From: Eremomyces bilateralis CBS 781.70
Lineage: Eukaryota
Assembly (NCBI GenBank): GCA_010015585.1
Contig: ML975158.1
DNA: 64,000 nucleotides
Strand: one strand, 5' to 3'
Positions 34,385-48,350 of this stretch are shown here, in pieces. Under the pieces are notes generated by a model. That model was given only the letters and a program-made list of their open reading frames with translations. It was not told the DNA's origin and did not search any database. Both the position numbers and the translations under genes were made by a program. The first letter of the stretch is position 1. Each line of letters starts with the position of its first letter.

Positions 34385-36215
34385 CTAACGGAACAGATCC
34401 CCCCGGGTCTTCTTCGCATACTCCTGCAACATCTTCCTCTCATTCTCATCCAACTGCCGGCTTCCCATGCTCCTCGTACTATGACTACTCGACGGCCTCC
34501 GTCCATCGGGCTCCGGGGGCAACGGTAGCGCCAAGAACCCGCCATCGTCCCGGGGCACCACCATGCTCTTCCGCGCCTGACCACGCCAGGACGGCCCCAG
34601 GCCGCGACTGTGGCTGTACGTAGATAGGGGACGCGTGCCGCCCGAGCTGTCCGCGAGGTCGTCGAGGGAGACGATGCTGCTGCGGTTGTTCGCGGGGGGT
34701 TGGTAGAGGTTGGGAGCTTCGTAGGCCGAGGAGCCGGGAAGGTGAGTGATGTCGTAGCCTAGTTCTTCGAGGATCTCGTCGAACATGTGGGTTTGGGAGG
34801 GTTGCTTTTTTGCGAAAATGGTGAGCGGCTGCGTTAGCCCATAGGCGGGGAGGGAAGGGGCAGAGGAACCGAATTGGAATGAGGGCGGGACGAGATCGAG
34901 ACGGTCCGCGAAGTGTTCTTCACGGACCCAAAGCTTGCGTAGAGAGATGAGGCCCTGCGAGAGGAGGCTATGTGAGAGGTAGGCGTAGTGGCTATCAGTC
35001 ATTCCTTGGGTTGCTGGATTGTCGATGTTCCAGTTGACCTCGTAATGGAGGTTGACCAGACGAGGACTGAAGAGGGGGGGAATCGGGTCGAGTGGGAAGC
35101 GCTCGTTGATTTCCCTGGAATATGTGAGTGTTAGCAGGTAAGGCGCCGCCTCGAGGACAAGATGCAGGTCTTTGGTCTGGATCTGGGTTTCTGTAAGGGT
35201 CAAGGTTTGGAGAGTTCGTGCCACGTCGGGGCGGCAGAGGTAGCTCTGTAGGCCTTCCGCGGTGATTTGGGGAGACTTGTCAATGGAAAGGGAGGACAGA
35301 GCACGGAGGTTTGGAGCTACCGGACTTTCTAAAAAGACCTTGTCATCGATGCCTCCCATGTTAATCAGCTCCAGCTCCGTCAGCGAGGGAAGTTTGGCCA
35401 GGGCGATACGCATGGAGGCGTTATCCAGATCCAGACTTATGAGTGTCAAGGTCGTCAAATGTGGCCACAGACCGCGCTGGAGTTTCGCGAAGTGCGGCTC
35501 CGACCCATGGTCATATTTCATCTTTTGCAGGAATTGACACCGTGCTTCCAGCTCGGCACGTAGCGGCTCGCACGACTGCTTTCCCTTGAAGATCTCGTCG
35601 GGTAGATCGATGTAGAGGAGATTGGGCATGGCGCCCACAGCTCGAGCGAGGTCACCGTACGAGTCCCGGTCATCGCGGCAACGCGGGGGCATCTTGAAGA
35701 ACCGCACTTGAGCGGCCAGCCCACGGTTACTGCGTAAAGCACCCGCTAGGAGCTTGAGCGATTCGGCCACTTGCGTCGGGCCATCCTTGCCGGACTTTTG
35801 GCGCTTGAGTTCAATAACCAGGCGAAGGTCGCATTCGTGGAAAGCATCCAAGCGGATGGAGTAGTAGCTGTATGGGTCGTCAGCGCAACGGTCAAGAGTG
35901 GACTTTGGGAGCGTACAGGACGGCACGGACTGGGACAACCCAGGCCCTCCTCACTCTGGCGCAGCGAGCGAGATCCTGCACGTCGCAGCAGCGGCACGAC
36001 TGGACCAAGCTGACGCTCTCATTGGAATCGAAGCTGTAATCGGTCGTGTGCGGACAAACGAAGCGGAAGATGTTCTCGAGCACATTCGAGGGAAGACGTG
36101 CGACGTAGTCCAGTCGCGGATCGATGGGAGAGCCCCAGAGATCCTCTCTCCTCTCAGGCTTCTCCTTCACCCGCTGCTTGGACTTTCGCCGGAACGCGTT
36201 CTTCAGGAAGCCCAT
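34385..36215 (-). CDS. F-box protein with RNI/LRR-like region (2 exons)
   Basis: RLPSNVLENIFRFV..DLARCARVRRAW F-box, intron GTACGC..CTGAC..CAG, repeated LxxLxL motifs downstream. Confidence 0.8.
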
Positions 36216-38800
36216 GATGGTGGTGTCGTTGGTATGATCGGCGAATGACTGCGGAAACCAGGGTCACTGGAAGGGGGCATTAGCTTTGGAAGGGCACATT
36301 GTGCGCCTCTTGGGGTTTGAACAAGAATTGTAGGTCGGAGCCAGTAGGGAATTCGGAGACGTGAAGTAAGCAGAGGTAGATGATGGGATTCCAGCGCGGT
36401 GGTGAATCCCGTTGCACACTTGAGTACGCATTTCGGGCCTAACTAGCACCAGTCTCACCGTTGTCCCCCTCTTCCTAGGGTTTAGGTGTCTGAGATGGCT
36501 TCAAGGGGAAGGTATCGGTTGATGAACTGGATTGGTCAACGCGTCGCTGACAGCTTGACACTTGACAGGGAGTCCATCAGACATGGCGGCAGCGGGAAAC
36601 TAATGTCAATTGCCAATTGCCATCAATGTGATTGTCTCGGCGAGCCACAGATGCCAGTACTGCAAGACTGAGGTGGATGAAGGAGTAGATCTTAATTTTA
36701 ATCATCCGAACCATCTCAATACAGTTAATGGAGATTTTGACTTACCATGCATCTACTATCCGTTTTACCGAAGAGAGGTTGGGGATTATAAAAGGGACAA
36801 GATTTTTAAAGAACTTGGATATCTGCAAAGTGCTAATATGGTTCAAGAGTGGTGAACTCCAGATGGACCGCTGGGATGGGCGCTTTTATGTCGTATCGCG
36901 TACGTTCATGCTCATCGCCAAGATATTCCTCGCAGATCATACTTTGGTACATTTGCGTTTCAGGTTGTTTGTAATTCTCAGTTACCCGTTTGTTTGTGGG
37001 GCGAAGTACGGGAGAGTAGCTATCTTCCTGATAACTAGTCTTGTTTGATGTACTCAACCCCGTCTCAAAGTCGCTCCCCTTTACGTCGGGTTGACTGGAT
37101 ACTCATTCTACTAGCTGCTTGCTGCTTGCTCTTTAAATGACTCCTGTGGCAACCGATGCGTAGTCAGGTACCATCTACTCCATATCCGTTCTCAAGTAAA
37201 AGGCAACGGCCCTGTGCGTGTGTTGTCGGTACTTTAAGAGTTACCACTGTCGCAAGTTAGCCTGATCTTGTAGTTGTCCATCCCTCTCGTGACCTTGAAA
37301 GAAAATCAAGGATGGAATGATCATGGTTCGATATGAAGGGATCATACGGCTGTAGTAGAGCGCACATTCATCAAGAGGAGAACATTGGTTGCATGAGCGC
37401 AGAAGGTATTGGGTGTATGATGTGTTGCCGCTCCGTTCACCACGGGTGGAAAGCTCTGGTGGCTACAATTGCTTAGAATAAAGTATTTCAAACAGTCAAG
37501 TAAACAAAAATAGAATTTGGTGTAGGATAAGGATCGTAAACCGACTTGTATTAGGAGTTCGCTCTCCTTTTATGAGTGCAAGGTGGAAACGATAAGGCCA
37601 CAAGGCCTGTTACAGTAGAATGGACTTCACAGTCAATAAAGGAATAATCGGAAACCAAGTATTCCGTACGATCCATTGAAACTCGAAGTTCGTTCGTAAT
37701 CATCCAATAGGATAATATGCAATCATGAAACCGTGATAGCCACGATCCAGCACAATGGGGGGGCATATGCTGCCTCAAACGATGGGCTTTCTTAGCTCTC
37801 GGCCGCCATCGGGAGCACAGCATCGACGCTGTGGAGGTACAGAGGCATCCTAGAATACCTGTACAATGGACAAACCCAGAGGGACGGTAAACAGTTTTGT
37901 CTGGTTCGTGAAAGGGTTCGTGATAATCTCGCCTAGTCAGCAATTTGTCCACTCGTCCGCCGTTAGGATGAGGCGTGCGGAGCCGAACGCCCTGAAGCTC
38001 TCTTCAATGTCCACGACGGAGCAGCATCGGAGAGAGTCCACGGGTGCACGCTCTTGTTCACCCTATCCGCATTGCGTGGTGATAAGTGGTGGTCTGGTCT
38101 CTCGAGGCTAACCGCTTTGGTAGCAGCTGCGATTGGGAATGGGTCATGTTAAAGAGCCATTCTAAAAATGGCGCATGAGGAAGTTGGATGGTCGAAGTCG
38201 AAATACTTGACAATTCCGTTAGGTATACGGAAAATGATGGTACCCTAAGAATTTCCTGGCCCAAGGACTTCCGAGAGTACCATATCAGCTTGGCCTCCTT
38301 GAGGGTTGCTGTGGTGGTAGAGAGTGTGTGCACACTAAACTCTCAGACTAAACTCTCAGACTGCACTAACACTTTCTCGTGCTGTGCTGATGTTGCACGT
38401 TTAACTCTTCTTCCTCTCAACTCTTGAACTCGCACCTTCTCTTTCGCCTCATCCAATCTTCCCCATTGCATATCTATTTCCGAGGCTCCATTCGAGAGAC
38501 ACGTTTCCAAGCTAGGCCACGGCTCTTTTTGCCATCCTACCTTCATCCTTCTTTGCTCTTGTCGCCGGTTCTTGGTCCCTTCGAGTCCGACAACTGCCGC
38601 CCACGTCCCTGTACGACGCCGACTTTCGCTACATCGCCCGCTGTCCGTCATTCTTGTTGAGCTTTTGGGAGCGTGGTTCATTGCACTTCGTCCGGGCCCG
38701 AATTGATACTTTTGCCTAATTTCGAACATAATCACCGCTTGGTCGTCTCAACCGAGCTTCATATCGCATCCTCCCCTCGAAGAGCTCGGCCTTGAAAAGC

Positions 38801-41664
38801 ATGGCGAACCAGCCCCAAACCATCCCCAACGGAATAGACAAGTACCTTGTCATTCACGTAGCGACAACATGCGACGAGCATGGCGTATATGTGACCCGGG
38901 ACTCCGCCGAAGTTATTGAGATCGGATGGATACTGCTGGACGCGAAGACATTGGAGGAGGTTGGTGGCCGAGCCCCTCGAAACTTTGCGGATGGAGACAC
39001 CGTATAACTAACCTCGTCTGACATAGTTGCACCGCGATAGCGTTTTGGTCAAACCTGTGAATACGCCGATAACACCTCTCTGCAGTAAGTCATTGAGCTA
39101 CCGCCCTCGATCCTCCACACCAATGGGAACCGTGCTGATGCCATACGTTTCCTAGCTTCCCTTACCACCCTGACCTGGGAGCATGTCCGCAACTCAGGGT
39201 CGTTCCGCGATGCCATAAACCTCTTCGACCAATTCGCTCAGGAACATCTCATGCAGAACAATGCCGAGTTTGCCTTCGTGACCCTCGACTCCTGGGACCT
39301 CCGAGTCCAGCTACCCCGAGAGGCTCGAGACAAGGCGGTCGTCCTCCCCGCATACCTGCAGCACTCCCGCACCTTCGACCTTCGCTCCGAGTATCAACGA
39401 TGGCAGCAACACCATCCCGAGTCCCTGCCGTTTGGAGCCAGCGCCCTGACCAACATCTGTGCCGCCCTCGAAGTCGAACCGGTCCAGTCCAGCGCTCCGA
39501 TCAAACACAACCTCCCCTTCCATCTGCAAGCCCTCGCTCCGGCTTCTCCGCGTCGGGCTATGGAAGAGACCGTGACGCTTGCCCGCGTGCTCCGTGGCCT
39601 CATCCGCAAATCCCAGCCGGCACAGACCCATGAGGATATCTTGACCCGTCCGCTGGACGCTCGCGCCGATGTCCGGGCCTTCATGGCGGAGCGCAGCAAG
39701 GTGCTGCATATGAGCGGATTACCCCATGATACCACCCAGTCCGAGTTGGAAAGCTGGTTCACCCAGTTCGGCGGCAGACCCATCGCATTTTGGACGTTGC
39801 GAACCCCCGACCAGCACAAGCCTACAGGGACGGGATTTGCAGTGTTTTCGTCGCATGAAGAGGTGAGTGAGACGGTTTCTTCTCTTTCTGCTTCCGGACC
39901 GCACCTTCGTCTGATTGCCTTCGCACCTTCCCCCTTAGCGACAGTCCCGTGACCTTCAATGACTCTGCTCTATTTTCCTTATCTGACGATTTTGCGCATG
40001 ACTTCATGTCATTCATTGATTCACTTCCTCTATCTGAGATTTTGCCTCTTCACCATCCTCGCTCGTTGTCTTTTCATCATCACCACCCCCTCCTCATTGA
40101 AGGGAGTACGGTTGGCATTTCAAGTCAATATATCACGTGGTCGGCACCTTCCTTTTCCAAGCAAACACTCGGTTTCTGAAGACATCATTTGCTCCTATTG
40201 TCTCCATGACTGCCATTGTGAATTCAGCCACGGATCCTGTCGCCTACGGCTTCAATAGCATCCAACCTTGGACGGGCCGAGCTCATTCATTTTCCTATTA
40301 TCCCATCGTGTGTATTGACCAGCCTTGCACTGAACTAATCGCCCGTCACACTTTCCTTCTACTGATCGAGCTATTGTCAAATTTCCCGAAGGCACCTCGT
40401 TTGTGCTTCGAACTTCGCTCACTTTCTTCATTGCCTTCCTTCGTCTACTCACAATTGATCGAGGGACATTACTCACATCTCTCATCACACTCGCACGTCA
40501 TCCATAATGGACTACCCTCAACCTCCCCTCGCTTACTACTACCCTGTCACTTACACCTATCCTGTCACTCAAACCTACTATTACGCTGGCACTCCGCCTC
40601 AACGTCTTTCCGAAACCCAGGCTAACATGGATCCACCCCAGGCTGCCGAATCACTTTGCATGAATGGACGAGCTTTGAATGAGAAAGCGGTCGAAGTCTC
40701 TCCGTCCTCTTCTCGCGTCCTCGATCGCGCTGCCGATATCCTCACTCCGTTCCCGCCGTCAAAGAACCGACCGCGTCCCGGTGACTGGACTTGCCCATCA
40801 TGTGGTTTCTCCAACTTCCAACGTCGCACGGCTTGCTTCCGATGCTCCTACCCGATCAACGCCATGCCTCCGGCACCGGCTGAGATGGGCTATATGCACG
40901 GCGGTGCCTACGGTTACGGTCCTCCTCAGATGATGGGCCATGGACATCATTCCATGGGCGGACACCATGGTATGCATGGCCATATGGGTGGTGGTGGTGG
41001 TGGTGGTGGTGGTGGTGGTCGGGGAGGTGGCGGAGCTGGAAATGTCATTCCGTTCCGTGCAGGCGACTGGCAATGTGGAGCTAACGGCTGCAACTATCAC
41101 AATTTTGCGAAGAATGTTTCATGCCTTCGATGCGGAGCGAGCCGAAGCCGAGCCTTGCTCGTAGCGGATACTGCGACGACGTTCTCTACTCCGATGAACC
41201 AACCCGGCAGTTACGGAATGGGTGGACCTCCTGGTGCTCCAATGGAAGCTGGTCCTCCGGGTCACTTCGGCGGCCCCGCAGGATTCGACTCGACTCCGAA
41301 CTTCCCTGGACAATTCGGACAAGCCAGCACCTACGCACTCCCTAGCGGACTGGGTGCAGCGTCTCCCTATCCTCCGATGGGAGGTCAACAATATGCTGCG
41401 AACGGTGGCTCCGGTATACCTGGACCTTCCGGTGGTTTCGACAGCCGTGCCGAGGCTGCTTTCACTTCCGCAGGGCAACCGGGCGGTGTTGGTAACGTCA
41501 GCTCCGCCGGTGCCGGTGCCAATGCCTCCAGCTTTGCAAACGGCGCACCTGGATTCGATGGGGCCAGTGACCCATTCTCGTTCCTCAGCTCCGGCCTTGG
41601 AGGGTTGAGCATCAATGACTCCTCGAGGTCTGGCGGTGGCCCACCTAGCAAGTCCCCTGCCTAG
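38801..41664 (+). CDS. NRP1: Nrp1/Arp-like RNA-binding protein (RNase H-like domain, RRM, two RanBP2 zinc fingers; 4 exons)
   Basis: HVATTCDEHGVYV, RRM VLHMSGLP..GTGFAVFSSHEE|AAESL, RPGDWTCPSCGFSNFQRRTACFRC and RAGDWQC..CNYHNFAKNVSCLRC. Confidence 0.88.
40987..41019 (+). repeat. (GGT)11 microsatellite encoding poly-Gly
   Basis: GGT tandem run within the NRP1-like coding exon. Confidence 0.85.
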
Positions 41665-42792
41665 AGGACTGCCACATGACCATGAATAGGCCCACGCGCC
41701 ACTACATATTTGCTGTTTCGGTTTTGCTCTTTTTTCTTTTTCTTTCTCGGTTTCTAGTTCATCATGTTCGCACTCCAGTTCATACACGACTCTTCAGTGG
41801 CACTTTGGCAGACTGGTCGACTGAGGACAAATTCAATCCCCTAGTCACCGCGGATCTTCATGGCTCCAGCCCAGGCATTTGAATCTTTTACTCCCAAGCC
41901 TGCCATACAACTCTGAGCCATCGTCCTGCCTCGATGTTCAATTTCTTGCATCACAGGGGATGGGCGATGGCACTCGCCACAGCACGTTCCTAAGTCGGGA
42001 ATCCTCTTTTCAACACGAAATCCCGGAAATCGCAATGGCAGGAATATCCGACCAATCAACGGTGCTTCTTTCAGAGCTTGGGCAGACAAAGACGATCGAA
42101 ACCGAATAGCTGAGGCGCTGGTGGAGTGAATGAATCTTGCTAGGTTTGCGGAATCGCGACAAACGGGCACATCCAAAACGGAGAGCAACAGGCCGGATCT
42201 GGACGGAGCATCTTATCTTCTTCAACCAATTCTTCGACGGGTTTAGCAGGGAGAACGGACGGATCGGGTGGGGCTCAAAAAGGGCTGAGGGTTTCTGCGG
42301 ATTCAAATACGCGAAAATGGGGGTTAGTCAACCCTTTACAGACTGGACAGGCTGGGCAACGGGTCGGAGGTTTTTGCATCGTTATTCGATTTTTCCTTGC
42401 CTTCTTCCCCCTTTTCCTTTTCTTATATTCACTTTCACATTCGTTTTCCGGTTTTCACATGCCACTGTCTGTCCCTACCTTCATCTGGCTTTTCACTTTG
42501 AGTTATGAGAATGGGTGCATGGCTCCGCACGGATGTCGGGATGGTCTTCATTGTCTGGACTGGAGAAGGGCGGGAGGCACAAGGAGGGAGCGGTGGTGCC
42601 GCAGCAGGAGACAGAACCAACCAGTGAAGGCAGGGGATGGACAAGCATAAAAAGTTAAGAGAACACAATAGGAATATTACGGACGTTCCATGAATAGACA
42701 CTCGTCCTATTTCTCTCAATACTCTTCAACCTTGCATATTCGATGATAACATGTCGAGACAATCGATCCAAGGCATCGATGCACGGGACTCG

Positions 42793-43647
42793 TCATTGAA
42801 TAGCGTACGATGTGCTGTCGTGCAATGATCTCACTCCAGTGCTCCCATCTACTCCTTCCCTCTTCCCCCTAGACTCTTCCAGAGCCTTGGTAATCGCGCC
42901 GTTCGTCATTCTCCCTCTCGTTGGATCTTCAGCGCGGAGGTGTTCATCAACATCTATTCACGGATCAGTCACCCGAGGCACCGCGACCGAACATACTGAA
43001 CAGGGGCGAAGGAAAGGGTTCCACATACCGGCTATACCCTCTTCGAGCGCTTCCCCCAACCACCTCCGCATCTTCTCCCTCACAAAGGCATCAAAATCCC
43101 ACTCCCCCAAGTCCAGTTGCTCCACGCCAGCGACAAACACGTACGTCTCCGCCTCAACCACCTCCCCCTCCTCTCCTTGCCCCTCATCCACCCCCACCAA
43201 CTCCTCAACCACGCCCGCGTCCTCCCCTCCAAGCAACCGGACACTCACCATCCGCCGCTCATACTCCTCCCCCTCAAATATATCTAACAGCTCCACATCC
43301 CGCGCAGTCAATCCCCGCACCACGGTCCCCCGCACCTCTCTCTCCACGAACGCCAGCGAATCGGCCCCGAGGTGCGCCCGCTCGACCGCGAACGGGATGA
43401 TGCAGGGGTAGTCGGCGTTGCGGACCTTGTGGCGGTTGAAGCCGGGGAGGAGGGCGGGGGAGATAGTGAGACGGGAGTGTTGGGAAGGGGAGGGGGTCGT
43501 AGTGCCGTGGAGGACGCGGTGGAGGACAGCGGGGGCCATGAGGGTGCCTGGTAGGGAAAGCGGTGAGATACGGGGTCAATTGGGGGAAATAGGGCTGGGG
43601 AACGGGTAGATACCGTAGAAGAAGCATGTGGAGGTGGTGGTCGCCAT
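42793..43647 (-). CDS. AIG2-like gamma-glutamylcyclotransferase (3 exons)
   Basis: FFYG|TLM, RHKVRNADYPCI, VRGTVVRGLT..D..LLDIFEGEEYERR, EWDFDAF, DPTRGR. Confidence 0.88.
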
Positions 43648-44193
43648 TGTGCACGAGGGGGATCTATCCAGCTTTCAATAGGTTACAGAGGGAACAATGT
43701 TTATGGCTAGGACTTGGAAACCGTATATTATATTGCCGTCCACGTTATTCTGTACCAAAGGATACCAAAGGATACCGAATCAGTATCAATGTTTGAATCC
43801 GGGTGTGTTGATAGCCCGATATCAACTGTGATGGCGGGGGACAGGGATCGGTCATATATAACCAATCATAATCTAATAGACCCTGTCAAGCCACATATTG
43901 TGGCGCAGTCACTTGGCTCATGACGATCCCGCTCCATTCCGCTGGGATCGACATTTCCGCGCCCCTTAGACAATCTCCATCTTCATTTCTCGGTATTAGA
44001 AATTTCTTCCGCATTTTGCACGCAATCCTCCATATATTCCTTATATCCCGAATCTGTTAGATGTCCGATGAGATCGCAAGCCGTTTCACAGCCGTAACCA
44101 TGGGACCGTAACAGTCTCCCTACATATATATCCTCTGTCTCCTCCGACCCCTCTCTGCCACTGTGGACGGTGCGGACCCCCCCATCTGTCAAG

Positions 44194-45228
44194 ATGGGCT
44201 TCGTTAATACAGCGGTGGGCTATTTGGCACCGCTTTTGTGAGTAAACCACCTAATAGAATCATCCGGTGACCGTGCCAGTCTGACTTCGATCGCAGTCTC
44301 ATCACCTCGCCTATTACCTCCTATGCCGACCAAATCCACTCCATCCACCGCACCCGCACCTCCGCCGGCTTCTCCCTTGATATTCCGCTGATCATGCTGG
44401 TATCCTCGATCCTCAAGTACGGAATCCCTTTCCCTCTTTCTGATCCCGCTCTTCAACCGCGACTGTAACTTACATCGGCGCAGGATCTTCTTCTGGATCA
44501 CCGACCACTACTCCCTCACCCTCCTCACCCAAGCCATCCTCATGATCTTCGTCCAATCCCTCCTCCTCCATGTCTCCTTAACCCATCGGCCGGCGACCCC
44601 TCCAAGCGTATACCAGCCCTTCTCCGATCCCCATCACCACCACCACCATCATCATCACACCGACCATACCACCGCCTCCGACACCTCTCTATCCGCCATG
44701 TTTACAACCCTCTTCACATCCCTCACCAGCCCCACGACGTCCCGCCCGTACAACTTCTGGCGCTGGCGATCCGCCCGCCCGTACTGGAATTTCCTCATGT
44801 ACTTCACCGGCGCCGTCGTCGCGATCCAACTCTTCCTCGGCCCCACCGCGCCGGGCCCCCTCTCCTTCGTCCAATCGACCCTCGCCCTCACCACCGAGGC
44901 CATGCTCCCGGTGCCGCAGCTCTTCGCGAACTATCAGCGGAAGGGCTGCAAGGGGTTCCGGCTCAGCGTGATCGTGAATTGGGTCATTGGGGACGCGTTT
45001 AAGATGTGGTGGTTTTTCATGCAGGGGACGGAGAAGGTGCCGGTGGCGTTTCGAGTGTGTGGCATTTTCCAGGCGTGCTGTGATATCGGGTTGGGAGTGC
45101 AGTATTGGGTTTGGGGGGAGGGGAAGGAGTATGAGTGGGAGAGGGAAAGGGCAGAGGAGAAGGAGGGATTGGGGGATGTAGAGATGGAGGAGAAGATATC
45201 TAGGATTCGTTCTAGGAGTTCAACATAG
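44194..45228 (+). CDS. PQ-loop membrane protein (Any1/PQLC1-like; 3 exons)
   Basis: SPITSYADQI..SAGFSLDIPLIML, NFWRW, EAMLPVPQL..NYQRKGCKGFRLSV..WVIGD..K. Confidence 0.88.
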
Positions 45229-45551
45229 GCCAACATCTTGAACGGCTTTTTTGGTTTATTTCCAGATATTTGGGATGGATTGGTCAACGATGGGGCTTCA
45301 AGGCATTGGATAGAATAGACGCCTTCAATTGAGCGCTTAGATTTTGTGAGCGAATTTCATGTAACAGTCCATCAGGATGATAGATCTACTGGTGGTCTAG
45401 CATAGCCTTTAACGTTGTCATACCCGTTAACGTGATCGCTTTCTCTTTTTATTTCCTTCCTTTATGGCGCCGCGCAATGTCCAAACGAGAAGTCATATCG
45501 TCACATGCGAAGATGATGGTTGCCAACCATCCCTAAGCCTGCCAGGGGATA

Positions 45552-47771
45552 CTACGCCGTAGAAGACACGAGCTTGATCCGGCCCTCAGTCGTCGGACAG
45601 ATTGCCTTTGATAGTTAGAAACGCTTCATGAATGAGATAAGTCCACATACCTTTGTCCAATCCACCGTAAACTCGCCGTCCTTGAGACTATCGCACAGTT
45701 TCCCCTCCACCCCAGCAATGCGACACCACTTGTGCATGACCTTGCGCATGATGGCCTTCTCCTTTTCGAACCGCTCCAAATCTTTCTCATCCTCTGTTTG
45801 CTCCTTCTTCCGCAATTCATCTAGCTCCGCCTCTTCCAACGGCTGACACTGAGCCTGGAATTCCCTCACCCTCGGTTCCCATCCCTTCCACGCCGAAAAG
45901 TCCATCCGCGATTCAGCGGGACTCGCGCTCCCTCCGAACGCCTGTTCTTTCCTTTCGACTGCCGGCGCAAGGGGGCTGGTTAGGATCGATTTGGTCGGCT
46001 CGATCACGGGGTGCGTGACGCTCATGTGGCGGGCGACTTCGCCCCAATGCTGCGCCATCGACATGCCCCAATTCTTCCACGCGCCCACCACTTTGAGCGA
46101 CATGAAGTACTGTCGTAGCATCATGGAGATGAGGATGCCGTTTTCTTCCGAGACGATTTCTTCCGCGCTGCCGCCTTCGGATTCGACGAGCAGGGCATCG
46201 TAGCCGTCTTTTCCACGCGCCATGTAGCCTCGCGTGACCAAGACGTACTTCTTCTCGAGGTCGATCGGCGCATTTCCGATGGATACCTTGACGATCCGGG
46301 ACGTGGGGGGCTTCGAGGGATCGAATTCTAGGGTGATATTGGAGACTTGGGGGAATCGGCCATCGAGCGCCGGGTACAGAGACACTGCATTCTCTAACGC
46401 GTCCCAAATGGCTTGTCCCGCCACTCGGATGACCATAACCGGGTCTTCAAATGGAAAGCAGTCCATGATGTCGCGGACTCTGATCGGCCCGGGAGGATAC
46501 ACTTGATCCCCTCTCACCGTACCCGCTGCCATTAAGCAACAGTCGCCTTGATAGTGGTGTCGCATAATATCGCACACAAAGTTCGCATAATTGCTTTCCC
46601 CCCTCCTGACCGTCGTAAACCTCGCGTCCAGAGGCGCCGCGGTCCATCCAAGCGGTTTGTCCAGCTTGGCCTTTAGTGCGTCCGTCAGCCCTGAGACCAG
46701 CTCTACCGTTTCCGGGTCGCGCTCGATAGACGAGATGACATCCCTCCGCACAATATCAAAGTCCCATTTTTGAGGACTATCCTGCCTCCTCCATGCTTGG
46801 ATGTAGCTCAACTGTTTGAAGTCCGAGCCGGATCGAAGGACATGGGTACCATTGATGTAGCTGTGGTTATAGTAGTGATCGTGGCCGCCGAGGATGATAT
46901 CAATCAATCCCTCCGGGCATTTCTCGGCCAGTTTGTTGTCGTTCGGCTCTCGTTGATGCGTAATGGCAATGATAATCTCCACGCCCTGCTCCCGAAGTTG
47001 CGGGACGAGCTCCTTCGCTGTCTCTGAAGCAGATTTGTAGATGATGTTGGGCGGAAGGGAGTTGATCGTTTGAAGCCATTCCCGCTCTCCAAGACCGATC
47101 AGACCGATCTTGATACCGTTCGAGGAAGTTATGATGTGCGTCTTCTGGGCATTGCCGATGGGAACCCCCTCGCCGAGTGCAGGATCGAGGATGTTAGCTA
47201 ACAGCCAAGGGAAATTGCATTGTGAGGCAAGGTATCGGAATTGATCGACGCCAAAGTCAAGGTCATGGTTCTATCCAAGTTCATGTCCAGTCAGCGAGGG
47301 TCCTCTGCAAAAGTTGAGTGGAAAACAAGCTCACCCCCACGCAGGCGCCGTTGGTTCCAATCTGATTCAAGGCATGGACCATATGACTGCCTCCTCGATG
47401 TTAAAAAGAGTCCGAAAAGTCGATATAACAGCGGTCACGGACTTGAGTAAGGATAGCCCGAGAGTAGAGGTTGGTGGACCCTGAGGAAAGACAAGTTATC
47501 TACCTTTGGTCACACTGCTTTCCAAGCTCGGATTGAACGCATCTCCCGAGAAAAAGGCGAGCAACTCTGGCTGCCCTTTGAACTGCTCATCGGATCTGTA
47601 GTGTTTGCAGAGGGTGATGAATCGAGAGAGGCCCCCACAAGGTTCTGCGGAGGAAGAATCGACATGGTACACGTCATTGTAGTGGAGGAGCCGGAGATCT
47701 GGTGGGTTGGAATGTGGTCCGCCGGAATATGTGACGGACTCCTCTGGAGGTGGAGGGTGTTCCCGGGTCAT
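45552..47771 (-). CDS. 5'-nucleotidase (metallophosphoesterase plus 5'-NT C-terminal domain; multi-exon)
   Basis: HYNDVYH, SGDAFNPS, NHDLDFG, ILGGHDH, RRGESN.ANF..D, GRFPQVS, GKDGY. Confidence 0.92.
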
Positions 47772-48350
47772 ATTGCTCCCGGTTGCAAAGTTCGAGGTAA
47801 TATAAAGGAATCAAGTCCCTGTACGTATGGTATCTGAAGATGATGTTTGTTGGAGATGAATGCTGACTGCACTCTGCAGAGGTCGGAGGAGGGCGGTCAA
47901 CGCTGTCAATTGCAGGCTTCGGATTGGTTGGTAGGGTGAGACTAAGCTGATTACTAGATACGGCAAGTAACAGGAGAATACACATACAGGTGACGACGCG
48001 TATATGTATAAAGTCTACAAAGCATTATAGAGCGAATACCCTCTCCTAGGAGGGCCTAGTGCGCAGCCCCAAAAGGTAGCGAGAAAGGTATGTCGCCATA
48101 CGATCTTAATATAAACGGTCAAGTAAAGAGTTTGTGATTGTGATCCACGAGATTGGATTCATTTTTGTACGATTATATTGACCTTTTCATGGAAACAAAG
48201 ACCACCATAGTCATTACAAAGGCTTTCGCACTGCCATAACCGATTGACAGATATTCCGGTCCACATTCCCGTAAGAAGCAGGTATCTCATCCCGATTCTG
48301 ACGCAGGGCAAGAAGTAAGAAATCATCTCAGCGTATAGCTCGTATGGTGG

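Noticed and set aside
36490..38000. Possible decayed gene fragments (intron-like signals near 36512-36568, ORF 36610-36855, ILEYLYNG near 37847)
   Set aside because: No coherent reading frame or recognisable family; a BLASTx hit would be needed.
6663..47771. Possible nucleotide/one-carbon gene cluster (CDC8, ADE6, MET12, 5'-nucleotidase)
   Set aside because: The genes are spread over 40 kb among unrelated housekeeping genes; no evidence of clustering or shared regulation.
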